Assembly (NCBI GenBank): GCA_041691695.1
Contig: JBEPUG010000003.1
Location: 7,445-71,444 of the forward strand
Reading direction: 5' to 3'
DNA length: 64,000 nucleotides
Source: Flavobacteriales bacterium
Lineage (GTDB): Bacteria; Bacteroidota; Bacteroidia; Flavobacteriales_F; PHOS-HE28
Shown here piece after piece: positions 1 to 9,928 of this stretch (position 1 is its first letter; each line of letters opens with the position of its first letter). The notes below the pieces were generated by a model. It made no database searches, was not told the origin of the DNA, and saw only the letters and a list, made by a program, of their open reading frames with translations. The position numbers and the translations under genes are program-made.

Positions 1-386
1 TTCCAGCGTGCACTGAAACCGCTGCTGATCGGAAAGTCCACTCGGCGGCTGACAACCAAGGGTAGATCCATGCCGAATAACGTGTTGGCCAACACCGCCG
101 CTGTGTGCCCGTGGGAATCGTGCATGTGCACCAGGTCCGCCTTCCATTGAAGTGCGATATGCGACAAGCGACGCGCGTTCAACGGGTCGAAGGAGGCGCG
201 GAAGCCCAGTTCGCGATGTTCAACGCCGATCTTGGCACAGCTGGCCTGCATCGGTGAGCCGCTCGCGCAGACCACTAATTGCGGCACATCGAGCGTGCGA
301 AGTTCCTCCACGAGGTAGGCGACCTGCTGCTCTCCGCCGCGCCACGTGCGAGCGGTGCTGAGGTGCAAAACGCGCGGCACGATCAT
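1..386 (-). CDS. Glycosyltransferase family 4 (GT1 fold), N-terminal part; gene runs off the window start
   Basis: Reverse-strand reading from the ATG at 384-386 gives MIVPRVLHLSTARTWRGGEQQVAYLVEEL..., a typical GT4 N-terminal motif. The ATG overlaps the GT2 stop (ATGA). This ORF is not in the supplied track; I translated it by hand. Confidence 0.55.
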   Translation of the reverse strand, partial: MIVPRVLHLSTARTWRGGEQQVAYLVEELRTLDVPQLVVCASGSPMQASCAKIGVEHRELGFRASFDPLNARRLSHIALQWKADLVHMHDSHGHTAAVLANTLFGMDLPLVVSRRVDFPISSGFSARW

Positions 387-1141
387 GAGCGCATCCGGTT
401 CAGGCGAGCCAGCTCCGTGTACTTCAAGCGATTGGCCCGGGCGCTCAGGCGCGCGATGGAGTAGCCAGCCGGACCATCCCTAAATCCGCCGCGTACCAGA
501 TAGCCGTGCAAGAAGCGCCAAACGGGGGAGAATATAATGAGCATCGCGCCGGCTCGTCTACCCTTTTGGTGCATTGCTTTGGCAGCGATGTTCGCGAAGC
601 GCTCCACTTGCTTCGCATGTTCGGCCACCGTGTAGAAGCTGAAATGCAGGATGTCACCGCGCAGCATGCCGATGCGGGCACCGGCGTCCATCTCATAACG
701 GTCGTGCGGATTAGTTCCACCCCATCGCCCTTTCCGGCTGTCCCACAGGCGCAGTTTGATATCCGGATACCAACCGCCATGGTGGATCCACGTGCCGCAA
801 TAGTTTGTTAGCCGCGACATCGTATAGCCGTCGGCCGCGGGTGTTCCGCGCTTCACTTCCAGAATGGAACGGATCAACTCTTCATCCAGCGCCTCGTCCG
901 CATCCAAGGACAGGACCCACGGATACTTCGCCTGCGTGATCGCCCAGTTCTTTTGCTCGATGTGCCCGGCGAATGCGTGCTGCACGAAGCGCGCACCGTG
1001 CTCTCTCGCTATCCGTTCGGTAGCGTCGGTGCTGAAGGAATCCACCACCACGATGTCATCGGCCACCGCCTTCACGGAGGCGAGGCAGCGCGCGATGTTG
1101 CGCTCCTCATTGAAGGTGATGATGACGACGGAGAGTTCCAC
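383..1141 (-). CDS. Glycosyltransferase family 2 (LPS core/KdtX-WaaE-like)
   Basis: 252 aa. N-terminus VVIITFNEERNI...VVVDSFSTD...DADE is a classic GT2 DXD-containing fold. Confidence 0.85.
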   Translation of the reverse strand: MELSVVIITFNEERNIARCLASVKAVADDIVVVDSFSTDATERIAREHGARFVQHAFAGHIEQKNWAITQAKYPWVLSLDADEALDEELIRSILEVKRGTPAADGYTMSRLTNYCGTWIHHGGWYPDIKLRLWDSRKGRWGGTNPHDRYEMDAGARIGMLRGDILHFSFYTVAEHAKQVERFANIAAKAMHQKGRRAGAMLIIFSPVWRFLHGYLVRGGFRDGPAGYSIARLSARANRLKYTELARLNRMRS

Positions 1142-1171
1142 CGCGCCGAAGTTAGATGGCGCCGCGGCCGA

Positions 1172-3766
1172 TCAATGCACTACCATGAAGGTGCCACGAG
1201 CACGGTCCACGCCCTTGGAACGGATGTGATAGATGTACAGCCCCGTGCTCAGATCTTGTGTACGCAACGAAACGAAACCATTGGTGATGGGCACGTTCAG
1301 CAATGCACGACCGGACGCGTCCATCACGGAGAGTTCCGCGTTGCCGTTCTCCCCGGTGATGAAGTTCACCAGGTCGCTCGCGGGCTGCGGATAGACCTTC
1401 ACCGCAGTGGCTGCGGGGTTCTCACTTATTCCGGAAGGCGTAGTGACCAGGGAGACGCAATAGTCCTCGGTCTCACCGAAATCATAGGTGGTGCAACCGT
1501 TCGCCACGGCTTGGTCGTAGTGCATCACAACGCGCAAGCGTGCGGGGCCCGGCGTGGCGGTGACGGGTACAGTGAGGGTGCTGATCAAGGGCGCCATGAC
1601 CGTGGTTCCGGCATCGAATACAAGCTCGTTCGGAGAGAATTGCCCATCCCTATTCAAGTCCATCCACACGGTGAAGTACTCGGCGAACGCATCGGAGGAA
1701 TAGCCCGGGTTGAGCGTGATCGGATAGCTGTCACCGATCACCAGTTCAGTGGATTGGTTGGTTACATCCACATCGGCATAGCCACCATCCCCGGCCGAGA
1801 TTCGATCGATGGAACCGAGCTGCACCTCCGTGATCCATTCGTAACTATCATCACCTGAGCTGGAGCAGAACGTTCCCTCGATGCACTGCCCGCAGCCCGC
1901 GACGTGGAAGGTGGTTGAAGGCGACCAGTCCGCCATATTCGCGCCGCAGGAGCTGCGCATCTGTACCTCATGATCTGAGCAAGCTGAAAGGTTGCTCAGG
2001 GTCAGGCTGCTCCCTGTGAGGTTGTCCAGCTCGGTCCAATCCGTCGTGCCAAGCTCTCGGTGACGCAGGTCATAAGAGTCCGATGCCAGCACTGCGGACC
2101 AGTTCACCAAAGCACTACTGGTATCGCTGGAGGTGGCGCTGATAGAGATGGGAGCGGTGCAGCAGCCCTCACTGGTCCACAGGAACGAAGGGCTGAAGGT
2201 GCTGGAAGTGGTATCGCAATCCGCGGACACTTGGTACTCGTAGGGCTGACAGACGCTGAGGCCGGACAAAGCCAAGTTGGGATTCGAGAGTCCATCCACC
2301 TCTGTCCAAATCGATGTGCCCACCAAGCGATAGCGCACGTTGTAAGTGCCGGGCAAGGCGTTCCACGAAAGAGTGGCTTGACCAATAGCGGTGCTACTCT
2401 CGGCCAAGTTGTAAGGGACCGGGCAGCTTGCGCAGCTATCCATGATCAGTTGCATGCTGTTGTTCGCATTGATGCGTCCTCCGGTAACGGTTTGACCCGG
2501 CAGATTGCCAACTTGGTCCACACCGTTGAAGAGAGCTTGTCGCACTTGGAGGGCGGCCAGGGTCGGGTCGTTGTGCATCAATGCGGCCAAGCTGGGGCAT
2601 GGCGCACTGTAGAGCAGCGCGATCACGCCAGCGGTGAGTGGGCTGGCGAAGGAAGTGCCGCTGACCGTGGCGATGCCGCCGCCGAGTGCGGTGGACACTA
2701 CGTTCTGGCCGGGCGCCCCGACATCGATGGTGGTGAGGCCGTAGCCGGAGAAGGTGCGTTGGTCACTGCTGTTGGTGGCTGTCACGCTGATCATGAAATC
2801 GCTTGGGCAAGCCGTGGGCAGGTCTCCCACCACGTCCACGTTCACATTGTTATTGGCAGTGGCCCCGCAATTGAGGATACCCGCGGTGCCGAGCGTATCA
2901 TACATGGCGCACCAAAGGGGCGCGCTGGAAGGTTGGCCGCCGTCCACGCCCCAGCTGGCGTTGGTGGCCACCACGCAGGCGCCGCTGGCGCCTGCGGTTG
3001 AATTGTACAAACGGCGCATCACCAAGGGATAGGTATAGGCCGCGATCACATCGGATTCCACGGAACTGGCGTATTGCACCGGCATCATCTTCACATGCCA
3101 GTTGGCACCCACCACCTGCAGGCCGTTGTCGCCCGCGGCACCGATCATCCCGGCCACCTCCGTCCCATGCGAACCGCCATACACATTGTCATTGCCTGTC
3201 CCGGGGTTCCATCCACGCACGTCGTCGATGTAGCCGTTGCCGTCATCATCGATGCCGTTATTCGCGATCTCGTGGATGTTGTGCCATGCATTGGCCGCAA
3301 GGTCCGGGTGGACCAGGTCCGCGTTCTCGATGATCGCCACCACGATGGTGTCACCGGATGCCGTGAGGCCACCGGTGGTGACGTCCCACGCGCCTTCGCT
3401 GTCGATATTCTGATGCTGCCACTGTTGGCCATAGTTCGGGTCGTTCGGGATACTCCGCTCCTTGCCGATGTGGTTGTTTTGCGCCAACTCGATCCCGGCA
3501 TCCAGTTTAAAGGCTCTCAGCATCGTCGCCTGCGGAATGGTGGCGGGGTCGAAACGGAAGAGCCAAGCACGCATGGGCGCGGAGATCTCCTTCACCAAAT
3601 GAACAGAGGTGGAAGCACCGTTGACCGTTTGAAGGTCCTTCGCGACATCCATCGCAGATGCACCGGGCCGCATCATGACGATAATGTCACCGGGCACGAA
3701 ATTCTCTTGCGGGCGGGCAATGATCGCGATGCCGATCATCATCAGTAAAAGCAGGGACTTCTTCAT
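1172..3766 (-). CDS. S8 family (subtilisin-like) serine peptidase with FN3-like and GEVED domains and a T9SS C-terminal sorting domain
   Basis: 864 aa with an N-terminal signal peptide. Subtilase motifs DDDGNGYIDD, HGTEVAG and GTSFASP are present. The C-terminal ~80 aa (VKVYPQPASD...GLYIYHI...) match the T9SS sorting domain. Confidence 0.9.
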   Translation of the reverse strand: MKKSLLLLMMIGIAIIARPQENFVPGDIIVMMRPGASAMDVAKDLQTVNGASTSVHLVKEISAPMRAWLFRFDPATIPQATMLRAFKLDAGIELAQNNHIGKERSIPNDPNYGQQWQHQNIDSEGAWDVTTGGLTASGDTIVVAIIENADLVHPDLAANAWHNIHEIANNGIDDDGNGYIDDVRGWNPGTGNDNVYGGSHGTEVAGMIGAAGDNGLQVVGANWHVKMMPVQYASSVESDVIAAYTYPLVMRRLYNSTAGASGACVVATNASWGVDGGQPSSAPLWCAMYDTLGTAGILNCGATANNNVNVDVVGDLPTACPSDFMISVTATNSSDQRTFSGYGLTTIDVGAPGQNVVSTALGGGIATVSGTSFASPLTAGVIALLYSAPCPSLAALMHNDPTLAALQVRQALFNGVDQVGNLPGQTVTGGRINANNSMQLIMDSCASCPVPYNLAESSTAIGQATLSWNALPGTYNVRYRLVGTSIWTEVDGLSNPNLALSGLSVCQPYEYQVSADCDTTSSTFSPSFLWTSEGCCTAPISISATSSDTSSALVNWSAVLASDSYDLRHRELGTTDWTELDNLTGSSLTLSNLSACSDHEVQMRSSCGANMADWSPSTTFHVAGCGQCIEGTFCSSSGDDSYEWITEVQLGSIDRISAGDGGYADVDVTNQSTELVIGDSYPITLNPGYSSDAFAEYFTVWMDLNRDGQFSPNELVFDAGTTVMAPLISTLTVPVTATPGPARLRVVMHYDQAVANGCTTYDFGETEDYCVSLVTTPSGISENPAATAVKVYPQPASDLVNFITGENGNAELSVMDASGRALLNVPITNGFVSLRTQDLSTGLYIYHIRSKGVDRARGTFMVVH

Positions 3767-3782
3767 GAATGGGGGAAGGGTA

Positions 3783-3790
3783 CAAATTTA
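3783..3790 (-). promoter_or_regulatory. Candidate Bacteroidetes-type -7 promoter element (TAnnTTTG) for the S8 peptidase gene
   Basis: The reverse strand reads TAAATTTG about 17 nt upstream of the ATG at 3766. Exact match to the Bacteroidetes sigma-A -7 consensus (established knowledge); not tested here. Confidence 0.35.
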
Positions 3791-3867
3791 GACGCTTCAG
3801 AGGTGGGCTTCGTGGCCTGAGGTGCGCGGAAAATGTGCCTCAACTGAAGGCTTCGGGCTCCGTGCGG

Positions 3868-5340
3868 CTATCGCGCCACTATCACGCGCGCCGATCCAGA
3901 GGCGATCGTAGTGCTGAAGCGTAACAGGTATAAACCGTTAGGCACCTCATTCCCGAAGGTGCATTCAACGTTTCCATGCGAGCCGAGAATGGTCTCCCGT
4001 TTTACCGTGCGACCGTCCATGGCGATCATCCGAAGAGTGACGGTCCCATGTAATGCTGGGTCGATAATCCGCACCCGGTCCGTTGCGGGCTGCGGGAATA
4101 TCCGAGTTGCTGCTTGTTGAGGGTCGGTCACTCCCGCGCCCAAGCATGCATCAGGATCGCTGGCCATGGGCTCGAGGAAAGCGGCGATGTTCGTGGCGCG
4201 ATCCGTGATGTTGCCGGGGGCGTGATAGGCGCCGTTGTTGGCGTAGCGTATGCAGTCGAAAAGTGCGATGTCACTGTTGAAGGCATCGCAGGTGATGAAG
4301 TCCGTGGTGTAGACCGGAGGCTGTGCCATGGTTTGGAAGATGGTTGCGATGGCATTGCTGCCTGTGATGATCGGGTAGTTGTAGTGCCATGGCGTTGCTC
4401 CGAGGTTGCAATAGCCGGAGATCGTCTGGTAGGGGCGTCCGACATTGAACGGGACGATGCCATCACAGCTTTGATGGAACAGGTATACGGCTGGTGTATC
4501 CACGCCCTGCCACCAGTTCAGCGCCAAGGCATCCGTAGGGACGCCACCGAACAAGCTCGCAACGCCGCGGACGCGTGCATCCGTGCCATTGAGGTTCAGC
4601 GTCCCGTCGACCGGGCCCAGGTCGGGGCGTTCCAGCATAGTTGGGGTCACCGTCCAGGTCTGCACCGCGCATCCGTAGCCCGTCTGGTTCAACAAGTTCG
4701 CATCGGGCATGGGTGCATCCGCGATCGCTCCGCAAGAGGGAGGCTTCTCCTCCGGCCGATCCAGGAAGGCCACCGCCAGTGCCGTGAATCCGCCAGCACT
4801 CTCGCCGCCCACGAAGGTCTTTTCCGCGCACGTGCTATCGATTTCGGCGCGTCCCTTCAACCAGCGGATCGCGCCCTTCACATCCTGCTGCGACCGGTAA
4901 AGTGCCCGCACGATCTCCAAGGTATCCGCCGGATACAGACCTAGGGAGGATTCAGGCCAAACGGGTGGCCCGGCGGGAGTGGGAACGTAGTTTTCCTTGT
5001 GCCATCCCAAGCGATAGTCCACGCTGGCCACCACATAGCCGCGACCGGCAAATGCACGAGCCAAGGCGACGACCCCGCTGCCTGGATCGGCCTTGCATCC
5101 GGCGAGCCACGTGCCTCCATGCACCAACACCAGCAGTGGCCGGGCCGCATCCGGATCTCCGATCGGTTTGTAAAGGTCCAGCTGCAGCGTGATCGTGTTG
5201 CCGAGATAGTCCGGCGCTGTGCCATAGACCAAGTTGCTGTCCACGCTGAAGGCGAACTGGTCCGGCGTGACATGGCCCTGCGCGGAAACGTTCATCATCA
5301 TCATGAAGAAGATTGATGCAGCGATGTTCCGGCGATCCAT
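3868..5340 (-). CDS. Alpha/beta-hydrolase esterase/lipase (HSL family: HGG and GxSxG motifs) with T9SS C-terminal sorting domain
   Basis: The 583-aa track ORF is trimmed to the internal Met MDRRNIAASIFFMMMMNVSAQ, which begins a signal peptide (ATG 5338-5340). HGGTWLAG and GGESAGG motifs are present. The C-terminus FPQPATDRVRI...GLYLLRF is a T9SS sorting domain. Confidence 0.8.
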   Translation of the reverse strand: MDRRNIAASIFFMMMMNVSAQGHVTPDQFAFSVDSNLVYGTAPDYLGNTITLQLDLYKPIGDPDAARPLLVLVHGGTWLAGCKADPGSGVVALARAFAGRGYVVASVDYRLGWHKENYVPTPAGPPVWPESSLGLYPADTLEIVRALYRSQQDVKGAIRWLKGRAEIDSTCAEKTFVGGESAGGFTALAVAFLDRPEEKPPSCGAIADAPMPDANLLNQTGYGCAVQTWTVTPTMLERPDLGPVDGTLNLNGTDARVRGVASLFGGVPTDALALNWWQGVDTPAVYLFHQSCDGIVPFNVGRPYQTISGYCNLGATPWHYNYPIITGSNAIATIFQTMAQPPVYTTDFITCDAFNSDIALFDCIRYANNGAYHAPGNITDRATNIAAFLEPMASDPDACLGAGVTDPQQAATRIFPQPATDRVRIIDPALHGTVTLRMIAMDGRTVKRETILGSHGNVECTFGNEVPNGLYLLRFSTTIASGSARVIVAR

Positions 5341-5432
5341 GTGCTTGATTTCCCTGCAAGGTAAAGCTCTAGTCCGCTGCGTGGCCGTGCGATCTTCCGC
5401 GGAGCCGATCTGCGTTGGCTCGCTGCGGACGC

Positions 5433-5972
5433 TCAATACACGGTCTGGAGTCGCTTCTTGAAAAACAGCGACCAAAGTGCGGCCGATAGTGTGCCGATCA
5501 CGATCCCTCCCAATACATCGCTTGGATAGTGCACGCCCAAGGCCACACGCGACCAGCCCACACCGATAGCCCATAGCAACGCGGGAACCACGATCGTGTA
5601 CCTCCGGAATAGGAGACACATCGCCACGGCGATCGAGAAGGCATCGCCGGTGTGCCCGGAAGGGAAGGAGCCGCCTCCACCGCTGGTAAGCTTCACGATA
5701 GAGTCAAGGACCTCAAAGGGACGGGGACGATCCACCAGCGGCTTGATGATGTTGACCACGATGGCCGATGAGATCACTGTTGCAGCCGCGTAGGCAGCGG
5801 CCCAAAGGAGCCAGGTCTTCCTGCGCAGCAAGCCGATCAACGCGAATAGCACGGGCAAGCCGAAAGCGACAACTGCCGCCGAGGCCGTGAGAAGCAACTG
5901 CACATTGTCGAGTACGGGCCCCCGCTCACCATTCAAGAGCTTTACAAGCTCGACATCCATGTTGCCGCTCAT
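5433..5972 (-). CDS. PAP2-family membrane phosphatase (phosphatidic acid / undecaprenyl-PP phosphatase-like)
   Basis: 179 aa and multi-TM. Signature KPLVDRPRP...PSGH...SRVALGVHYPSD is present. Confidence 0.8.
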   Translation of the reverse strand: MSGNMDVELVKLLNGERGPVLDNVQLLLTASAAVVAFGLPVLFALIGLLRRKTWLLWAAAYAAATVISSAIVVNIIKPLVDRPRPFEVLDSIVKLTSGGGGSFPSGHTGDAFSIAVAMCLLFRRYTIVVPALLWAIGVGWSRVALGVHYPSDVLGGIVIGTLSAALWSLFFKKRLQTVY

Positions 5973-6082
5973 CGGAATTGTGTTTTGCGGTTCGCCTCAG
6001 AGATGAGCATGGCCGCAAAACTAGGCGCGGGCCTTTAGCGCTCTTCAGGTTCCGAACAGGATCCACTCGATAGCTTGCACGC

Positions 6083-6763
6083 ATGAAAGTGCTCCTCATC
6101 GAGGATGAAACGGAACTGCGTCGTTCCATTCGGCAGTACTTGCAGGACGAAGGCCACTTGGTGGAATCCGCCAACGACTTCCCTTCCGCCATGGAAAAGG
6201 CGCAGCTGCACAGTTACGATGCGGTGCTGGTGGACATCACGCTGCCTCAAGGGAATGGCCTCGACATCGTACGCGCGTTGCGCAAGGCAGACAACGCTTG
6301 CGGCATCATCATCATCTCCGCGAAGGGCTCTTTGGATGATAAAGTACTAGGCCTCGATCTCGGTGCTGACGACTATTTGCCCAAGCCTTTTCATCTGCCG
6401 GAACTCGTGGCGCGACTGCGGGCCTTGGTGCGACGCAAACAGGCGAAGGCACAGGACTCGATCACCATTGGGGTCTTGCGGATCATGCCGGATGAGCGCT
6501 TGGCGGAAGCCCAAGGTGTGCACTTGGATCTTACCGGGACCGAATTCGACCTGTTGCATTTCCTGGCCGTGAACAAGGACCGCGTGCTATCGCGCAGCGC
6601 TATGTTGGAGCACGTCTGGGGCGACCTGGCGGAGCGGATGGATCGCGATGATTTCCTCTATGCGCACATCAAGAACCTGCGGAAGAAGCTCGCCGCGCAG
6701 GGATGTGCCGAACTGATCAAGACCGTTTATGGGCTTGGCTACCGCATGAGTGACCGCGCATGA
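6083..6763 (+). CDS. Response regulator, OmpR/winged-helix family
   Basis: 226 aa. Receiver domain (LLIEDE...D...LPKP) followed by a trans_reg_C domain. Start at 6083 is preceded by TAGCTTGC. Confidence 0.9.
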   Translation: MKVLLIEDETELRRSIRQYLQDEGHLVESANDFPSAMEKAQLHSYDAVLVDITLPQGNGLDIVRALRKADNACGIIIISAKGSLDDKVLGLDLGADDYLPKPFHLPELVARLRALVRRKQAKAQDSITIGVLRIMPDERLAEAQGVHLDLTGTEFDLLHFLAVNKDRVLSRSAMLEHVWGDLAERMDRDDFLYAHIKNLRKKLAAQGCAELIKTVYGLGYRMSDRA

Positions 6764-8007
6764 AATTGCTGCAACGCACCGCGCTTTACCAGGCTTTGCT
6801 AGCGCTGCCCATGGTGGTGATCGGCACCGGCATAGGCTATGGACTGGTGCGCCACACGGTGACCAAAGCGGTGGATGAAGCGCTCGGGGATCATGCCATC
6901 CTGGTGCGCGAGCGGATGCGCAAGACGGACCTAGGCCTGGAAATATCAGTACCCGATGTGCTCGTGCGGATCGACCCCGGGGTGATCACCGGAGAACAGT
7001 TCTCCGATACCGTGATCTACGATACACTGCAGCAGGAGGACATCCCGTGGCGCATCGGGCGCTTCCCGGCGCGGCAGGCGGACGGCAACGCGGCGGTCCT
7101 CACCATCGGTCGGTCTCAATTGGAAACGGATGACCTCGTGATGGGCATCGCCCTCAGCATCGCGGCGGTTCTAGTGCTATTCACCTTATGCACGCTGCTT
7201 CTGTTCCGCTGGCTCTCTGCACGCCTGTGGCGGCCTTTCCATGCTAACCTGCGGGCCATGCAACACTTCCGTCCGGATGCACTGGCCCCTCCGCTTTCGC
7301 CATCCAGTGTGGATGAATTCGCAGGCATGGCGGACGCACTCGGCGACATGATGGCCAACATGCAACGCGACTTCACGGCACAGAAACGCTTCACCGAACA
7401 AGCAGCGCATGAGTTGCGCACGCCCTTGGCCATCGTGCGTGGCAGGCTGGACCAGCTGATCCAGAGTCCTGGCTTGGGCGAGCGCGAGGCAGAGGCGATC
7501 CAAGGCATGTACACGGCGAGCGATCGCATGGGTCGCACCATATCCGACATGCTCATGCTGGCCAAATTGGGCGATGGCGTATTCCCTCCACAAGAGGTGG
7601 ATTGGTCTCGGATGTTCCGGGAGGAGATCGAATTGCTGAAGGATCCGATCACGCATCGCAAGCTCACCGTGGAACTCGTTGAGGAAAGCCGTTGCAGGAT
7701 CCTACTTCACCCGATGCTGGCGCAACTGCTGGTATCCAACATGATGCGCAACGCCGTGCAGCACAATGTGCCGTGCGGCTCCATTTCCATGGTGATCGCG
7801 ATGGAAAGCATAACCGTGCGCAACACAGGCAACACACTTACCGTGGAACCTGCTAGGCTCTTCGACCGCTTCGCCAAGGGCGATCCCTCCAGCTCTTCCC
7901 CCGGCCTTGGCCTATCCATGGTGAAGGAGATCGCGGAGAGGAACGGGCTTGTTGTGGCATACACAGCGGCGAATGGGATGCACGAGATCACTGTGTGCAA
8001 GGCTTGA
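6760..8007 (+). CDS. Sensor histidine kinase (TM-HAMP-HisKA-HATPase)
   Basis: 415 aa. H-box AAHELRTPLA and G-boxes GLGLSMVKEIAE are present. Its start overlaps the response-regulator stop by 4 nt (ATGA). Confidence 0.9.
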   Translation: MKLLQRTALYQALLALPMVVIGTGIGYGLVRHTVTKAVDEALGDHAILVRERMRKTDLGLEISVPDVLVRIDPGVITGEQFSDTVIYDTLQQEDIPWRIGRFPARQADGNAAVLTIGRSQLETDDLVMGIALSIAAVLVLFTLCTLLLFRWLSARLWRPFHANLRAMQHFRPDALAPPLSPSSVDEFAGMADALGDMMANMQRDFTAQKRFTEQAAHELRTPLAIVRGRLDQLIQSPGLGEREAEAIQGMYTASDRMGRTISDMLMLAKLGDGVFPPQEVDWSRMFREEIELLKDPITHRKLTVELVEESRCRILLHPMLAQLLVSNMMRNAVQHNVPCGSISMVIAMESITVRNTGNTLTVEPARLFDRFAKGDPSSSSPGLGLSMVKEIAERNGLVVAYTAANGMHEITVCKA

Positions 8008-8076
8008 CCGGCCACGCCTTCAGGATCTCCACAAGTTCGCTCCGGTTCTTTGCCCCTGAACCAACAAGCAGATCCC

Positions 8077-8550
8077 ATGAAAACCCAATTGATGATCCTG
8101 TCGGTGCTGGCATTCAGCGCCACGGCCTGCGGGCAAAAAGTGAGCGAGGCAGATGTGCCTCAACCGGTCAAGTCCGCGTTCATGAAGCAATTCCCGAAAG
8201 CGGACCACGCCCATTGGGGAATGGAGTCGAAGACGCAGTACGAAGTGGAATTCAAGCAGGGCGACGAGGCCATGAGTGCCACATACGACAAGGTCGGCAA
8301 ATGGATGGAGACCGAGAAGGACGTCAAGGCCGATGCCTTGCCCGATGCCGTGCGCCGGACCTTGGCCGATAAATATGCGGGCAGCAAGGTGAAGGACCTT
8401 TCCCACGTCGATAATCCCAAAGGCACCTTCTACGAGGCTGACATTGAAAAGGGAGAGACCTCCATGGAAGTGGTCATGTCCCCCGACGGGACGGTGGTGA
8501 AAGAGAACGTGGAAGAGAAAGGAAAGGATAACGACGAGGACGGCGACTAG
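8077..8550 (+). CDS. PepSY-like (DUF2874/BLIP-like) lipoprotein
   Basis: Lipoprotein signal MKTQLMILSVLAFSATAC. The repeated KDLSHVDNPKGTFYEAD-type motif is typical of PepSY-like proteins often paired with two-component systems. Start trimmed to the internal Met of the track ORF. Confidence 0.6.
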   Translation: MKTQLMILSVLAFSATACGQKVSEADVPQPVKSAFMKQFPKADHAHWGMESKTQYEVEFKQGDEAMSATYDKVGKWMETEKDVKADALPDAVRRTLADKYAGSKVKDLSHVDNPKGTFYEADIEKGETSMEVVMSPDGTVVKENVEEKGKDNDEDGD

Positions 8551-8568
8551 GTTTGTCGTCTCCCGGAA

Positions 8569-9867
8569 TTGAGCGCGATGTCCTATCCAATGGCGATCCC
8601 CGCCCTGAATGCCCTACGGCGTTCCAGGGCGGGTGCGTTCTGGGGCATCCTTGCTGTCGCGTGCTCCTGTTCCGCATCCACGCTCAACGCTCAAACGAAT
8701 GGCTTGGACTTCTACCTCCACGCCGCGGAGGCATTCAGCCCGGTGCTGAAGGACCAAGCCTATCAACGGACGGCCTTGGCGCTGGACAGTTCCGAAGTGC
8801 GCGCTGCATACGGCCCGCAGGTGAATGGTAACGGCCAATTCCTTTATGCTCCGTATGGTGCACACTGGGGCTACGATCCGGCCATCACCAACGGCGGGCT
8901 CTATTCCGCAGTGGTGGGCGCCCAGGTGCCGCTCTTCACCGATGGTCGTAAACGAACAGGCCTGGACTCGGTCGCCTTGCGCGGTAATGCGCTGTTGCTC
9001 GCGCAGGAGGTAACGTTGTTGGACCTGCACCAACGGGTGACGGACCAGTACATCAATACCTATGCGGACCAGCGCACGTTGGCAGCCGTGCTCGATCGTG
9101 TAAGCATACTGGACGAAGAGGAGGCGGTGATGAAGCACCTTGTTGGGCACGGCATCTACCAGCAGATCGACCTGATGAACTTGCGCGTGAACGTCCAAGC
9201 GCAACGCATCGCCTCCAGTAGGTCGAAGGCATTGCTAAGCAACGACCTACTGACCTTGAACACGCTGTGCGGCATTGCGGACACCGCTATGGCGAAGCTT
9301 AGCCCGTTGGCCCTGCAGCCTCCCGCCACCTTCGATCCATCAGCATCGCCAAACCTGCGGCAATTCGCCGTGGATAGCTTGGCCAATGACATCGCCGACC
9401 GCCGCGTGGACCTGAACTACCGCGCGCGCCTTAACGCTGTCGGCGACGCCGGACTGAACGCCGTCGCCATCAGCGACCTGCCCGATCACTTCGGCGCCAG
9501 CGCGGGCCTCAACCTCAGCGTGCCCATCTACGACGGCGACCGGAGACGCAGCGAACATGAACGCATCACGTTGCGCGAGAAAAGCCGCACGGCCTATCAG
9601 GACAATTACGCCGAACAACTGCAACTGCGCCATCTGCGCCTCACCGAAGCGCTAACCCAAGCTGATTCCCTCATCGCGGGAACACAGCGCCAATCCGCCG
9701 ATGAGGAGCAGTTGATCGCACTCTACCGCGTGGAACTGGAGAGCGGGCTGGTACGGCTCACGGACCTCTTCCTTGCACTGGAGAACCATGCACGCACCGT
9801 CAGTGACATGATACAAGCCGAGGCCGACCGCTCGCGCATCGTCAACGCCTTGATCCATCTGCAATGA
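8569..9867 (+). CDS. TolC-family outer-membrane efflux protein (CzcC-like)
   Basis: 432 aa with a signal peptide and an alpha/beta-barrel composition. Sits immediately upstream of the adaptor and RND pump genes. Confidence 0.7.
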   Translation: MSAMSYPMAIPALNALRRSRAGAFWGILAVACSCSASTLNAQTNGLDFYLHAAEAFSPVLKDQAYQRTALALDSSEVRAAYGPQVNGNGQFLYAPYGAHWGYDPAITNGGLYSAVVGAQVPLFTDGRKRTGLDSVALRGNALLLAQEVTLLDLHQRVTDQYINTYADQRTLAAVLDRVSILDEEEAVMKHLVGHGIYQQIDLMNLRVNVQAQRIASSRSKALLSNDLLTLNTLCGIADTAMAKLSPLALQPPATFDPSASPNLRQFAVDSLANDIADRRVDLNYRARLNAVGDAGLNAVAISDLPDHFGASAGLNLSVPIYDGDRRRSEHERITLREKSRTAYQDNYAEQLQLRHLRLTEALTQADSLIAGTQRQSADEEQLIALYRVELESGLVRLTDLFLALENHARTVSDMIQAEADRSRIVNALIHLQ

Positions 9868-9928
9868 GGAATGTGGGGCCACGGATACACGCAGCGAACG
9901 CAAATGCTAAAACCGCTGATGAACACAG

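Noticed and set aside
953-1858. 301-aa plus-strand ORF spanning the GT2/S8-peptidase junction
   Set aside because: Overlaps two confidently called minus-strand genes. No motifs.
3868-5619. N-terminal 93-aa extension of the esterase ORF (and similar upstream extensions of the track ORFs at 20469-23078, 22925-23812, 29262-32375, 33723-35024, 41808-42551, 44099-45139, 47279-49075, 57812-59335, 58862-61273)
   Set aside because: The extensions overlap upstream genes or lack family similarity. In each case an internal Met begins the recognisable signal peptide or conserved N-terminus, so the genes were trimmed.
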